DNA of 32,000 bases from Candidatus Kuenenia stuttgartensis (GTDB lineage: Bacteria > Planctomycetota > Brocadiia > Brocadiales > Brocadiaceae). Below, in pieces: positions 16,612 through 24,805 of the stretch; within the stretch, counting starts at the first letter, position 1; each line of letters starts with the position of its first letter. The stretch covers positions 3,990,001-4,022,000 of the forward strand of contig NZ_LT934425.1 of NCBI RefSeq assembly GCF_900232105.1, given 5' to 3'. A program made the position numbers and the translations under genes. Below the pieces are notes generated by a model. It made no database searches. It was given only the letters and a program-made list of their open reading frames with translations, and was not told where the DNA came from.

Positions 16612-18069
16612 TTACCCCTGGTTGACAAGCTCACCCAGTCTAATATGCTTGCGCATTACAGCATCGATATCCTCCATGTATCTCCCGTCCGCAGGGTAAC
16701 ACTGAGTACCATGAATATGCATGTCCAGCCCGTCAAGCTCTTCTGCTTCAGATACCCTGATACCGATGGTATGTTTTAGTCCAAAGAATATGACGAAGCC
16801 CAGTCCACCTGCCCATACTATGGCGGTGGCGAAGGCGATGAGCTGGGCAAGAAACTGCTGGCCGGAACCAACGATCAGCCCACTTACTCCTCCATATGAA
16901 CCGTCGGCAAAAATCCCTACGGCAAGAAGCCCCCACAACCCATTAGCGCCGTGCACAGATACCGCACCAAGGGGATCATCCACTCTAAACTTACGTTCAA
17001 CAAGCCACACCGAGCCGCACATCAACAAACCGCCAACTAACCCTATAATAACGGCAGCCCATGGCGCAATGAACGCACATGGCGCCGATACAGCTACAAA
17101 ACCTCCCAGTGCGCCATTACAAGCCTCCGCTATATCCGCTTTTCTAGATTTCCAGTAGGTATATAATACGACAATGACAGCGCCTGAAATACCGGCAAGG
17201 AGGGTATTGGCAGCAATAATTGAAGACCGTAATTCCGATATTGCGAGGGTGCTGCCAGCATCATAAGCAAGCCACCCAAAGGCTAAAACAACGGTGCCAA
17301 TAAGTACATAGGCAATGTTGTGTCCATGGATATGGTTAGAAGAGCCGTCCTTATTAAATTTTCCGATTCTCGGACCTAGCGCCCATGCACCCATAAAGGC
17401 ACAGATTCCACCAATTGCATGGACTACTCCAGATCCGGCAAAGTCCTTGACTCCCACCCCCAATTTTAACTTAGCAAGCCATCCTTCGCCCCATATCCAG
17501 TGGCCGTAGAATGAATAAGCAAATGTATACACGAGAAGCCCTGCGATTAAAAAGGCGGAAAACTTAATCCTTTCTGCAACAGCGCCGGCAATGATGCTGC
17601 CAATAAAAGTGGCAACAACCGCCATGAAGGTAAAGAGCAGAATGGTCTTTACATCATACGTATCTCCTAAAAGCATAAAGCCGCCATAACCTATAAAGGG
17701 ATTACCTTTATCAAGGCCTGACGCCAAGTGAGAACCGCCGAACATAAATGCAAAACCAAATAGCCAGAAAATAAAGACTCCCGCCGTTGTAGCCATAAAG
17801 CAATGAGCCATGTAGCTAAGCATATTTTTGGAGCGAACAAGCCCGCCAAGCAGCATAAACCCGGCCTGCATAAAGAGAATAAGAAACGCCGCCACCAATA
17901 TCCAAACAAAGTTTCCTGAAGTGCTCAAGCCTTCGAAGCTTTGCGTGAACGTGAATGCGCCACTGGGATCGCCTGCCTGCACACAGTTTGCCCATAGGAA
18001 AAACATAGTAACGCTGCAAAAAAGGACCAAGCCAAAGCGACTCATCTTGATCCTGCACATATTCTGCAT
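16612..18069 (-). CDS. amt: ammonium transporter (Amt family)
   Basis: 485 aa with a signal peptide and multiple TM segments. Twin-His contexts are DFAGSGVVHAIGG and DDPLGAVSVHGANG. The C-terminal GLDMHIHG resembles AmtB GLDVNSHG. AAGGAG lies 7 nt upstream of the ATG. Confidence 0.92.
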   Translation of the reverse strand: MQNMCRIKMSRFGLVLFCSVTMFFLWANCVQAGDPSGAFTFTQSFEGLSTSGNFVWILVAAFLILFMQAGFMLLGGLVRSKNMLSYMAHCFMATTAGVFIFWLFGFAFMFGGSHLASGLDKGNPFIGYGGFMLLGDTYDVKTILLFTFMAVVATFIGSIIAGAVAERIKFSAFLIAGLLVYTFAYSFYGHWIWGEGWLAKLKLGVGVKDFAGSGVVHAIGGICAFMGAWALGPRIGKFNKDGSSNHIHGHNIAYVLIGTVVLAFGWLAYDAGSTLAISELRSSIIAANTLLAGISGAVIVVLYTYWKSRKADIAEACNGALGGFVAVSAPCAFIAPWAAVIIGLVGGLLMCGSVWLVERKFRVDDPLGAVSVHGANGLWGLLAVGIFADGSYGGVSGLIVGSGQQFLAQLIAFATAIVWAGGLGFVIFFGLKHTIGIRVSEAEELDGLDMHIHGTQCYPADGRYMEDIDAVMRKHIRLGELVNQG

Positions 18070-18112
18070 TTTAAATCTCCTTTATATACATAATGCTATA
18101 AATAATTTAGCA

Positions 18113-18213
18113 TATACTCAATCAGACTGAAATCACTGGTTTCTGACATGCGCATTCATTGCCTTCTATACTCAATCAGATTGAAGCCGCTGGCTTCCGT
18201 CTGATTGAGTATA
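18113..18213 (-). promoter_or_regulatory. three copies of a 14-nt element (two direct, one inverted) between the PII gene and amt; strong hairpin with an alternative pairing partner
   Basis: TATACTCAATCAGA at 18113-18126 and 18167-18180, with the exact complement TCTGATTGAGTATA at 18200-18213. The 19-nt spacer contains its own stem, GAAGCC-GCT-GGCTTC. Confidence 0.45.
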
Positions 18214-18324
18214 TATTGTGTAGCATATGCCCGTTTACAAACTTTTCTATCACTAAACGCGTATATTTTATACGTTACTTTTTATTTAATCGTAGAGCGT
18301 TGTTTAAAATCTGACGATGTTTTT

Positions 18325-18771
18325 TTACTTTGGAAAAACTTCGTTCAGGGAAGCACGCTCTTTTTTGAGACTCTCAACAGCCTTCATATCCCCCGATTCT
18401 TTTGGAGATAATTTTACAACCCTTCCGTTAGCGCTAATGGCATTATGACCAGTTTCGCCCGTGCGTATGCGACAGGCTGATTCCACATGAGTCACAAATA
18501 CTTTTCCATCGCCAATAACCCCTGTTTTTGCCTCTTCCATAATTATTTTGATTGCCGTCTCCAATTCTGCTTCCGGGACTACAACCTCGAGTTTTATCTT
18601 TTTGTGTAAATCTACCATATATTCTCTTCCACGCCATACCCGTGTCTTACTGATTTCACTTCCTTGCCCTCTGATTTCAGTAACATGCATTCCCATTATT
18701 CCCGTTTCCTGCAACATAGAACTAACCGCCATAAAACGTTCAGGGCGAATAATTGCCTCTATTTTTTTCAT
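18325..18771 (-). CDS. PII-family nitrogen regulatory protein with Trp at the T-loop Tyr51 position and a ~36-aa C-terminal extension
   Basis: MKKIEAIIRPERF...MHVTEIRGQG...RVWRGREYMVDL...KLEVVV...KTGVIGDGKVFV...RIRTGE is collinear with GlnB/GlnK. It is 148 aa against the usual ~112. Confidence 0.85.
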   Translation of the reverse strand: MKKIEAIIRPERFMAVSSMLQETGIMGMHVTEIRGQGSEISKTRVWRGREYMVDLHKKIKLEVVVPEAELETAIKIIMEEAKTGVIGDGKVFVTHVESACRIRTGETGHNAISANGRVVKLSPKESGDMKAVESLKKERASLNEVFPK

Positions 18772-18810
18772 TTTATTTCCTCCTAATAATATTCCTGTTG
18801 TAGCTAAAGA

Positions 18811-19242
18811 TTAAGGGCAGACGTCCACAATCTTTAAAACCTCACTTTGTCTCGTAAGTGGCGTCCCTTCAGAAAAAACGTGTTCCTGCTTTGGCGTCAA
18901 TGATACCCATCTGCCATCTTCCGTTATTATATCTTTTTTAATTATGCCTGACTTTAACCGCAACGCATATTCGTATTCACAGTTATTTCCATCTTCTTCA
19001 TGTAAGAATCTGCTTATGTTCCGCAATGCATCGTCTACTGCGTTTTCTTCTAAGACAACTTCTATCTTTACATTCTTTATTATATCTACTACGTACTCGT
19101 CATCGCGCCAAAAGACAGACCTGGTTGCTATTTGGTCTTGATCTTTTATATACGTCTTTATTACCGGATGTCCAATTTCTCCGAAATAATTTTCTAATAT
19201 CTGTACGGCACCTGGCTTTATAAATGCGGATATTTTTTTCAT
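18811..19242 (-). CDS. highly diverged PII-like paralogue lacking the nucleotide-binding B-loop
   Basis: It aligns by eye with the neighbouring PII (MKKI.A.I.P; FWRDDEYVVDI vs VWRGREYMVDL; VKIEVVL vs IKLEVVV). HEEDGNNCEYEY replaces TGVIGDGKVFV. It shares the C-terminal motif DGRWVSLTPKQE / NGRVVKLSPKE. Confidence 0.6.
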   Translation of the reverse strand: MKKISAFIKPGAVQILENYFGEIGHPVIKTYIKDQDQIATRSVFWRDDEYVVDIIKNVKIEVVLEENAVDDALRNISRFLHEEDGNNCEYEYALRLKSGIIKKDIITEDGRWVSLTPKQEHVFSEGTPLTRQSEVLKIVDVCP

Positions 19243-19308
19243 TATTCATTCCCACCTATTCTTTAAGAAAGTGTAAAAGACCTAATGGATTAAGTTGTAA
19301 TAACCTAA

Positions 19309-19325
19309 GCGCAACTGCAGTACCA
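19309..19325 (-). promoter_or_regulatory. sigma54-type -24/-12 promoter upstream of the PII-like/PII/amt genes
   Basis: The minus strand reads TGGTAC-TGCAG-TTGCGC. GG and GC are at the exact consensus spacing (TGGCAC-N5-TTGC) with one mismatch. The -12 element is ~70 nt upstream of ATG 19242, and a sigma54 activator gene is adjacent. Confidence 0.55.
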
Positions 19326-19582
19326 ATAGTATAAAAAAATAAAAAAGTCGCTAAGAAGTTTTCTAAGTGGTTTCAAATATAAGATTTATTTGCAGAAGAG
19401 CTGTGCTTCAAAAGCAAATATCAAATATATACTTTTCGGGCAATAACATCTTAAAAAAGGGTAATATTTAATGTGAAAGAGATATAAACCTGTAACACGT
19501 AATTGTTTATAAAAAAATCGGGCATGAATGGCATATTCGGGCGTTTATGCACCAAAAGAATGAGTTTTTACCCTGCCACTAA

Positions 19583-20977
19583 TTAATCCTTGAAGGTATC
19601 CTTGTTTATGTTATATTTCTTCATTTTCCGGTAAAGGGTTTTTGCGTCGATACCGGAAATCCTGGCAGAAGAGTCAATTCGTCCTTTGCATTGTTTTAAA
19701 AGTTTCATTATATACAGGACTTCGCACTCTGATAAGAAGGTTTCCATGTCGATATTGGTAACATGGTCATTAGGGGTATTAACGAATGCTTCTTTCTGTT
19801 GTTTTTGGTGGAGTATTGGCATATCAACCTCGTTAATTATATTGTCTTTTGCCATAATTACTGCCCTCTCTGTCAAGTTCTCGAGTTCCCTGACATTGCC
19901 AGGCCAATGGTATGACATCATGATATTAAGGGCATTTTGAGAGATAGATTTAATATTTTTTTTAAACGCTTTATTATATTTTTCGATAAAGTGCAATACA
20001 AGCAAAGGGATATCTTCTAATCTTTCTTTCAAGGGCGGCAATTGAATGGGAATAACATTTAAACGATAGTATAAATCTTTTCTGAAACCCCCTTCTTCCG
20101 ATAAGTTATTGAGGTCTTTATTGGTGGCGGCAATAACCCTTACGTCAACCTTTATTGTCTTATTTCCGCCAATCCTTTCGAAAGATTTCTCCTGCAATAA
20201 CCTGAGAAGTTTTGTTTGCATAGAAAGAGGCAAGTTCCCCATTTCATCAAAAAAAACCGTACCTTTGTTTGCATGTTCAAACTTGCCTGTCCTCTGTTTT
20301 ACAGCGCCGGTGAAAGCGCCCTCTTCATGTCCAAAAAGTTCTGTTTCCAGCAGCGACTCAGGCAATGCACTGCAATTTATGACGACAAAAGGAGCATCTT
20401 TCCTGCTGCTGTTGTGATGAACAGCGTGCGCTATAAGCTCTTTACCTGTGCCCGTTTCCCCGGTTATCAGTATCGTAGCGTCAGTGTCTGCCACCTGCAT
20501 GATCAGGTCATATATTTGCCGCATTCTGTGCGACCCCCCTATTATATTGCCAAAGCTAAACCTCTCTTCCAGTTCCTTTCGTAATGCCCTGTTTTCTATT
20601 ATCAGATTTTGTTTTTCAAAGGCGCGTTTGATGACCAGTCTCAACTCCTCTGCAGAAACTGGTTTCGTGAGATAATCATAAGCGCCTATCTTTATCGCTT
20701 CCACAGCAGTTCTCACGCTGCCATATGCAGTCATCATAATCAAAAATACTTCCGGATATTCAAGCTTTAATTGTTTTAATAATTCAAACCCATCCATTTT
20801 AGGCATTTTAAGGTCTGCAATAACCAGATCATGCGGCGATTTTCTATAAATACTCATCGCCTCCAAACCATTAGACGCCGTACTGATCTCGTATCCTTCG
20901 CTGTCCAGAACACTTTTAATACTACCGAGGACGTATTCGTCATCCTCCACCACCAGTATCTTTTTTTCCCCAACCAT
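19583..20977 (-). CDS. sigma54-dependent response regulator (NtrC family: REC + AAA+ + Fis-type HTH)
   Basis: REC domain (VVEDDE, DLVIADLKMPKMDG, MMTAY), Walker A GETGTGKE, GAFTGA loop (EEGAFTGA), WPGNVRELEN, and a C-terminal HTH (ISGIDAKTLYRKMKKYNI). Confidence 0.93.
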   Translation of the reverse strand: MVGEKKILVVEDDEYVLGSIKSVLDSEGYEISTASNGLEAMSIYRKSPHDLVIADLKMPKMDGFELLKQLKLEYPEVFLIMMTAYGSVRTAVEAIKIGAYDYLTKPVSAEELRLVIKRAFEKQNLIIENRALRKELEERFSFGNIIGGSHRMRQIYDLIMQVADTDATILITGETGTGKELIAHAVHHNSSRKDAPFVVINCSALPESLLETELFGHEEGAFTGAVKQRTGKFEHANKGTVFFDEMGNLPLSMQTKLLRLLQEKSFERIGGNKTIKVDVRVIAATNKDLNNLSEEGGFRKDLYYRLNVIPIQLPPLKERLEDIPLLVLHFIEKYNKAFKKNIKSISQNALNIMMSYHWPGNVRELENLTERAVIMAKDNIINEVDMPILHQKQQKEAFVNTPNDHVTNIDMETFLSECEVLYIMKLLKQCKGRIDSSARISGIDAKTLYRKMKKYNINKDTFKD

Positions 20978-21132
20978 TGGTTAATAATCTCGCTCAAAAT
21001 TAACAAAGAGGCTGTTTTTAGCCGTTTTTCGCAAATAAAAGACCTATTTCCGCCGCTATTTAAAAACAATATTTAATACGTGATAAATACAACCTATTGC
21101 AGTGCAATATGTTATACCGTTGAGGTGTTTGT

Positions 21133-21147
21133 TGGCACACCTATTGC
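21133..21147 (+). promoter_or_regulatory. consensus sigma54 -24/-12 promoter upstream of the 122-aa unknown gene
   Basis: TGGCAC-ACCTA-TTGC is a perfect match to TGGCAC-N5-TTGC, 57 nt upstream of ATG 21204 and divergent from the sigma54 activator gene. Confidence 0.65.
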
Positions 21148-21203
21148 CCTATGTTGTAGTAGAACTATTAGAATTCATTTTAAATATTTACAAGGAGTTT
21201 ACT

Positions 21204-21572
21204 ATGAAAAACATTAAAAACGCCGGTTTTGAACAAAGCATTTATTCTGAACCAGAGGTAATAATAGATAAAGTTGTTGACAATAAGAGATACCGGTTTT
21301 GCAGGTTTCCCGCCAACGAGAATCTCTATAAGGAAATAAGCAGCATTGCCAGGCGCTGGAGAGACGGAGAAATATCTCAAACAGATGCCTCCGGGTTGCT
21401 GGAGATTGCTTCACTTCCCTACGAAAGATGGATTTTTGATATGATTGCCGACCTTGCCGAGGAGACGAAACACCTTGAATATATTGCGGATGACAATGAC
21501 TATAAGGGTGTAAAGGCGATTGCCTTCTTACAACATGGCAATGAGAGATCATATAATATCCAATATAAATAA
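21204..21572 (+). CDS. hypothetical 122-aa protein, probable sigma54-dependent gene
   Basis: ATG 21204 with AAGGAG 7 nt upstream; the track ORF from 21102 overlaps the promoter and is not credible. No TM segment, signal peptide or recognisable family. Confidence 0.6.
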   Translation: MKNIKNAGFEQSIYSEPEVIIDKVVDNKRYRFCRFPANENLYKEISSIARRWRDGEISQTDASGLLEIASLPYERWIFDMIADLAEETKHLEYIADDNDYKGVKAIAFLQHGNERSYNIQYK

Positions 21573-21601
21573 AGCCCTTGCATACTGAATCATAGCGGAA
21601 A

Positions 21602-24600
21602 CTATGCATCAGTTTTTAAAATCGGCAGTAGTATCTGAAAAGTGGTTCCCTCATTAAGGGTGCTTTTGATGCCGATCTTTCCGGCGTGTTCCGTTATAAT
21701 ATTGTAACATATCCATAAACCCAACCCTGTGCCGGTCCCTTTTTTCGTGCTAAAAAAGGGCTCAAAAATATTTGGCAAATCTTTTTCCCTTATTCCGCAT
21801 CCGTTATCGGCAAACTCAATCTGTAACTGATTGTTTTTTGCTTGTGCAGTTATATTAATAGTTCCGCCGTTTGGCATTGCGTCAAGAGAATTGAGTATAA
21901 GGTTTGTAAACACCTGTTCTAATTGGTTGGAATGGCATCTTATGCAGGGAATATTTTTGTCAATCGTTTGTTTTACCGTTATTTTTGACTGAGAAAGTTT
22001 CTTCTGTAATAAATTCACGACATTTTGTATGTGATAATTAATATTATGATCGCCTTTTTCTTCCATTATATGCAGGTTAGAGTCTAACAAACTCCTTACA
22101 ATTCCCGCTATCCTGTAAATGCCGTCCATGACGAGTTCCACATATTTCCTTTTCTCATCCTTCTCCCCCATTCTCTCCAGCAACAATTGCAGGTAATTAA
22201 TAATGCCTTCCAGCGGGTTATTGATCTCATGCGCAACGCTTGAGACGACCCTGCCTGTTGAAGCCAGCTTTTCCGCCTCTAACAGTTGCGATTCCAGACT
22301 TTTTTCCGCCGTAATATCCCTGTAAACGGACCTGATGGCGGTAATTCTGCCATTATCATCACAAATATGATTATCGTTCAGGCTGACGTCTATAATGCAT
22401 CCGTCTTTTTTTATAAGTTGTAGTTCTGGTCCCTTTACAAGCTGTCCGCTCAAACGTTTGGGTAATAATTTTTTCATTACTTCCCTGTTTTTTTTCGTTT
22501 GAAAATCGAAGATATGCCTTCCTATAAGTTCCTCTTTTTTATATCCTAAAATCTCTGCGCCTGTTTTATTGCAATTGATTATAATCCCGTTTTCATCGTT
22601 TGTTATATAGATATCCGGAGCATTATCATAAAGGTCTTTGTATCTTTTCTCAGACTCCCTTGTTTTTTTAAATAATCTGGCATTTTCCATGGCGATGGCC
22701 AACTGTATGGCAATCTGTTTCAGTAGTGTAAAATGTTTTTCAGAAAAGCTGTTTTTTTTTGAACTTCCAAAGTTAATCGTTCCGATAATATTGCCTTTGT
22801 ATTCAAGCGGGAAACTGAGCCGCGACATTATACCTTCTTTGAGCAACAGACGATCTGGCTCAAAAGCGCTTTTTGAAGTATCTCTCACAATAAACGGCCT
22901 GCCGGTAAAAGTTACCTGCTCTAACAAGCTCCCTTCTTTTCTGAGCCAGTCATTTTCGCTAATTGCCGTGTAATCATACGATTTGTCCATGGCGGCAACC
23001 TCAACATTTTGTTTTTTTTCATCAATCAAGGCAATGCTGACCCTGTCAAACTCCATGACGCGCTTCAGCTCATTACTTATTGACCTAAATAGCATATCCG
23101 ACATAAGATCAGAAGAAACAATCTTATTAATATTGTATATAATTTCCTTCTGATGTTCCATTTCCCACATTTTGGTAATATCCTGAACCAGCTCAAGCAC
23201 ATGGGTAATATTTCCCTGAACGTCTTTGATTGGTGACCCAATAAAGTGGTAATATTTCTTCTCGTTGTCCCTGCCAATTACCAGCTTTTTTATTTCTTCT
23301 CTCTTACCGCTCATAAATACGCGTTTTGCAGTGCAGTCCTCCGTGGAAGCATTGCCGCAGCCAAAAATTTTATTACACGCATCATTTTTAAAACCATATA
23401 CCATTCCAAACTGTTCCACGAAGGGTTTGTTGCCCCACGTAATCTTCATTTCTCTATCGATGAGGCATAAGTATGCGCCTATTCCGGTCACTATCATATC
23501 GAGTTTCTTTTCTTCTCTCTCCAGTTCCGCACGTGCTTTTTCAAGGTCGTTCAGCATGTACAATGTTGCTTCTCTAAAGTCTGACAATTCATTTATAAGT
23601 TTTTTTGTATGCCTCATATCCCTGGCAACGCCGACAACATTTATCACCTCTCCATCGCTGTTACGCATTATACGCCCGCAAAAATTCACAGGGATATCTT
23701 CTCCTTTATGCGTATGATACATAATATCGTAATCCTTTAATACATCTTCCTTCCAAAGATCACTCCAGCTCCGGTTCGCAATGGGGTTGTCTTTGTCTCT
23801 CAGGATCATATCTATATTATTGCCAATTAACTCCTTTTCTTCATACCCTAACAGATCGAGCATTGATTTATTTACGGTTTTTATCCTGCCATGTTGGTCT
23901 ACCACAACCAACGTATCGATCATGCTTTCAATTAAATTTTCCACATAAGCCTTTGACACAGTAGTCTTCTGCATATCTTCTGTCATTTTGTTTATAGAGG
24001 TAGCCAGCATTCCAATTTCGCCCCCTGAGGAAAGATGTATCCTCTTGTCAAGATCACCGTCGGCAATGGCGGCCATTACACGTGATATTTTTGAAATGGG
24101 GCTTGTAATCAACCTTTTTGTCAATAAGTATGTAATAAAAACAATTGCGGCAACAGAGACCAGTGCAATACAGATAAGTATTATTATGTTTGATTTCACG
24201 CTTGCATGAATAAGTCTTAATGGCGCTATGACGCTTATCGCTCCCCACAAATTGCCCTCCTTATATGCCTCATTCTCATGACCGGGAATGGTTGTTTTTC
24301 CTGCATGCCCTCCGTGGCATCCGAGACAGGACTTCTTCATATAGAGTGGGGCAATATAACGAAATATTTTTTCATTATTTATGCCAAACGACTCACCACA
24401 ATACGCATCATGTGGTTTCTGTTCTTCCATGTTTTTCAAGACGGCTTCTTCCAAATCATCCGGGTGGTTATCTGTATTTATGTGTTTCAGTGCTATCAGC
24501 CGAACCGTGTATGGTCTGTTTTCGTTGATGGTGTTGGAAAATTCCGCGCAGATTTCTGAAGGGTGCAAATGTATAAAAACCGTATTGCTGCCAGCGCGGC

Positions 24601-24796
24601 CAGTATTGAAACTATTCTGAGCCTCTGCTAAACGACTGTGGATCATTTCTATTTGCTTAACAAGAATGTTTGCATGTTTTTTTATTTCGTCTTCCAGCAA
24701 ATAGTCTTGCCTTTTAATGATCAGTGTAAAGCTTACCCCCAGTACCAGTGGTACAAAAAGGCTGATTGATAAGATATATTTAGCGCCCAGTTTCAT
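21602..24796 (-). CDS. multi-sensor histidine kinase: periplasmic CXXCH (Tll0287/DUF3365-like) domain, TM, HAMP, PAS-like repeats, GAF, HisKA, HATPase
   Basis: 1064 aa with an N-terminal TM. The periplasmic segment carries RLIALKHIN..PDD.E...YRYIAPLYMKKSCLGCHG...GNLWGAISV (CLGCH at 24314-24328). A second TM, HAMP (GDLDKRI...EIG.L..SINKM), GAF (RVSIALIDEKK...IGTINFGS), H-box SSVAHEINNPLEGI and the ATPase motifs DNGCGI and GTGLGL follow. Confidence 0.9.
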   Translation of the reverse strand: MKLGAKYILSISLFVPLVLGVSFTLIIKRQDYLLEDEIKKHANILVKQIEMIHSRLAEAQNSFNTGRAGSNTVFIHLHPSEICAEFSNTINENRPYTVRLIALKHINTDNHPDDLEEAVLKNMEEQKPHDAYCGESFGINNEKIFRYIAPLYMKKSCLGCHGGHAGKTTIPGHENEAYKEGNLWGAISVIAPLRLIHASVKSNIIILICIALVSVAAIVFITYLLTKRLITSPISKISRVMAAIADGDLDKRIHLSSGGEIGMLATSINKMTEDMQKTTVSKAYVENLIESMIDTLVVVDQHGRIKTVNKSMLDLLGYEEKELIGNNIDMILRDKDNPIANRSWSDLWKEDVLKDYDIMYHTHKGEDIPVNFCGRIMRNSDGEVINVVGVARDMRHTKKLINELSDFREATLYMLNDLEKARAELEREEKKLDMIVTGIGAYLCLIDREMKITWGNKPFVEQFGMVYGFKNDACNKIFGCGNASTEDCTAKRVFMSGKREEIKKLVIGRDNEKKYYHFIGSPIKDVQGNITHVLELVQDITKMWEMEHQKEIIYNINKIVSSDLMSDMLFRSISNELKRVMEFDRVSIALIDEKKQNVEVAAMDKSYDYTAISENDWLRKEGSLLEQVTFTGRPFIVRDTSKSAFEPDRLLLKEGIMSRLSFPLEYKGNIIGTINFGSSKKNSFSEKHFTLLKQIAIQLAIAMENARLFKKTRESEKRYKDLYDNAPDIYITNDENGIIINCNKTGAEILGYKKEELIGRHIFDFQTKKNREVMKKLLPKRLSGQLVKGPELQLIKKDGCIIDVSLNDNHICDDNGRITAIRSVYRDITAEKSLESQLLEAEKLASTGRVVSSVAHEINNPLEGIINYLQLLLERMGEKDEKRKYVELVMDGIYRIAGIVRSLLDSNLHIMEEKGDHNINYHIQNVVNLLQKKLSQSKITVKQTIDKNIPCIRCHSNQLEQVFTNLILNSLDAMPNGGTINITAQAKNNQLQIEFADNGCGIREKDLPNIFEPFFSTKKGTGTGLGLWICYNIITEHAGKIGIKSTLNEGTTFQILLPILKTDA

Positions 24797-24805
24797 AGAT
24801 TATAT

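Noticed and set aside
21102-21203. Longer version of the 122-aa gene (track ORF from 21102)
   Set aside because: It would be translated across the sigma54 promoter itself. The internal ATG 21204 has a good AAGGAG SD.
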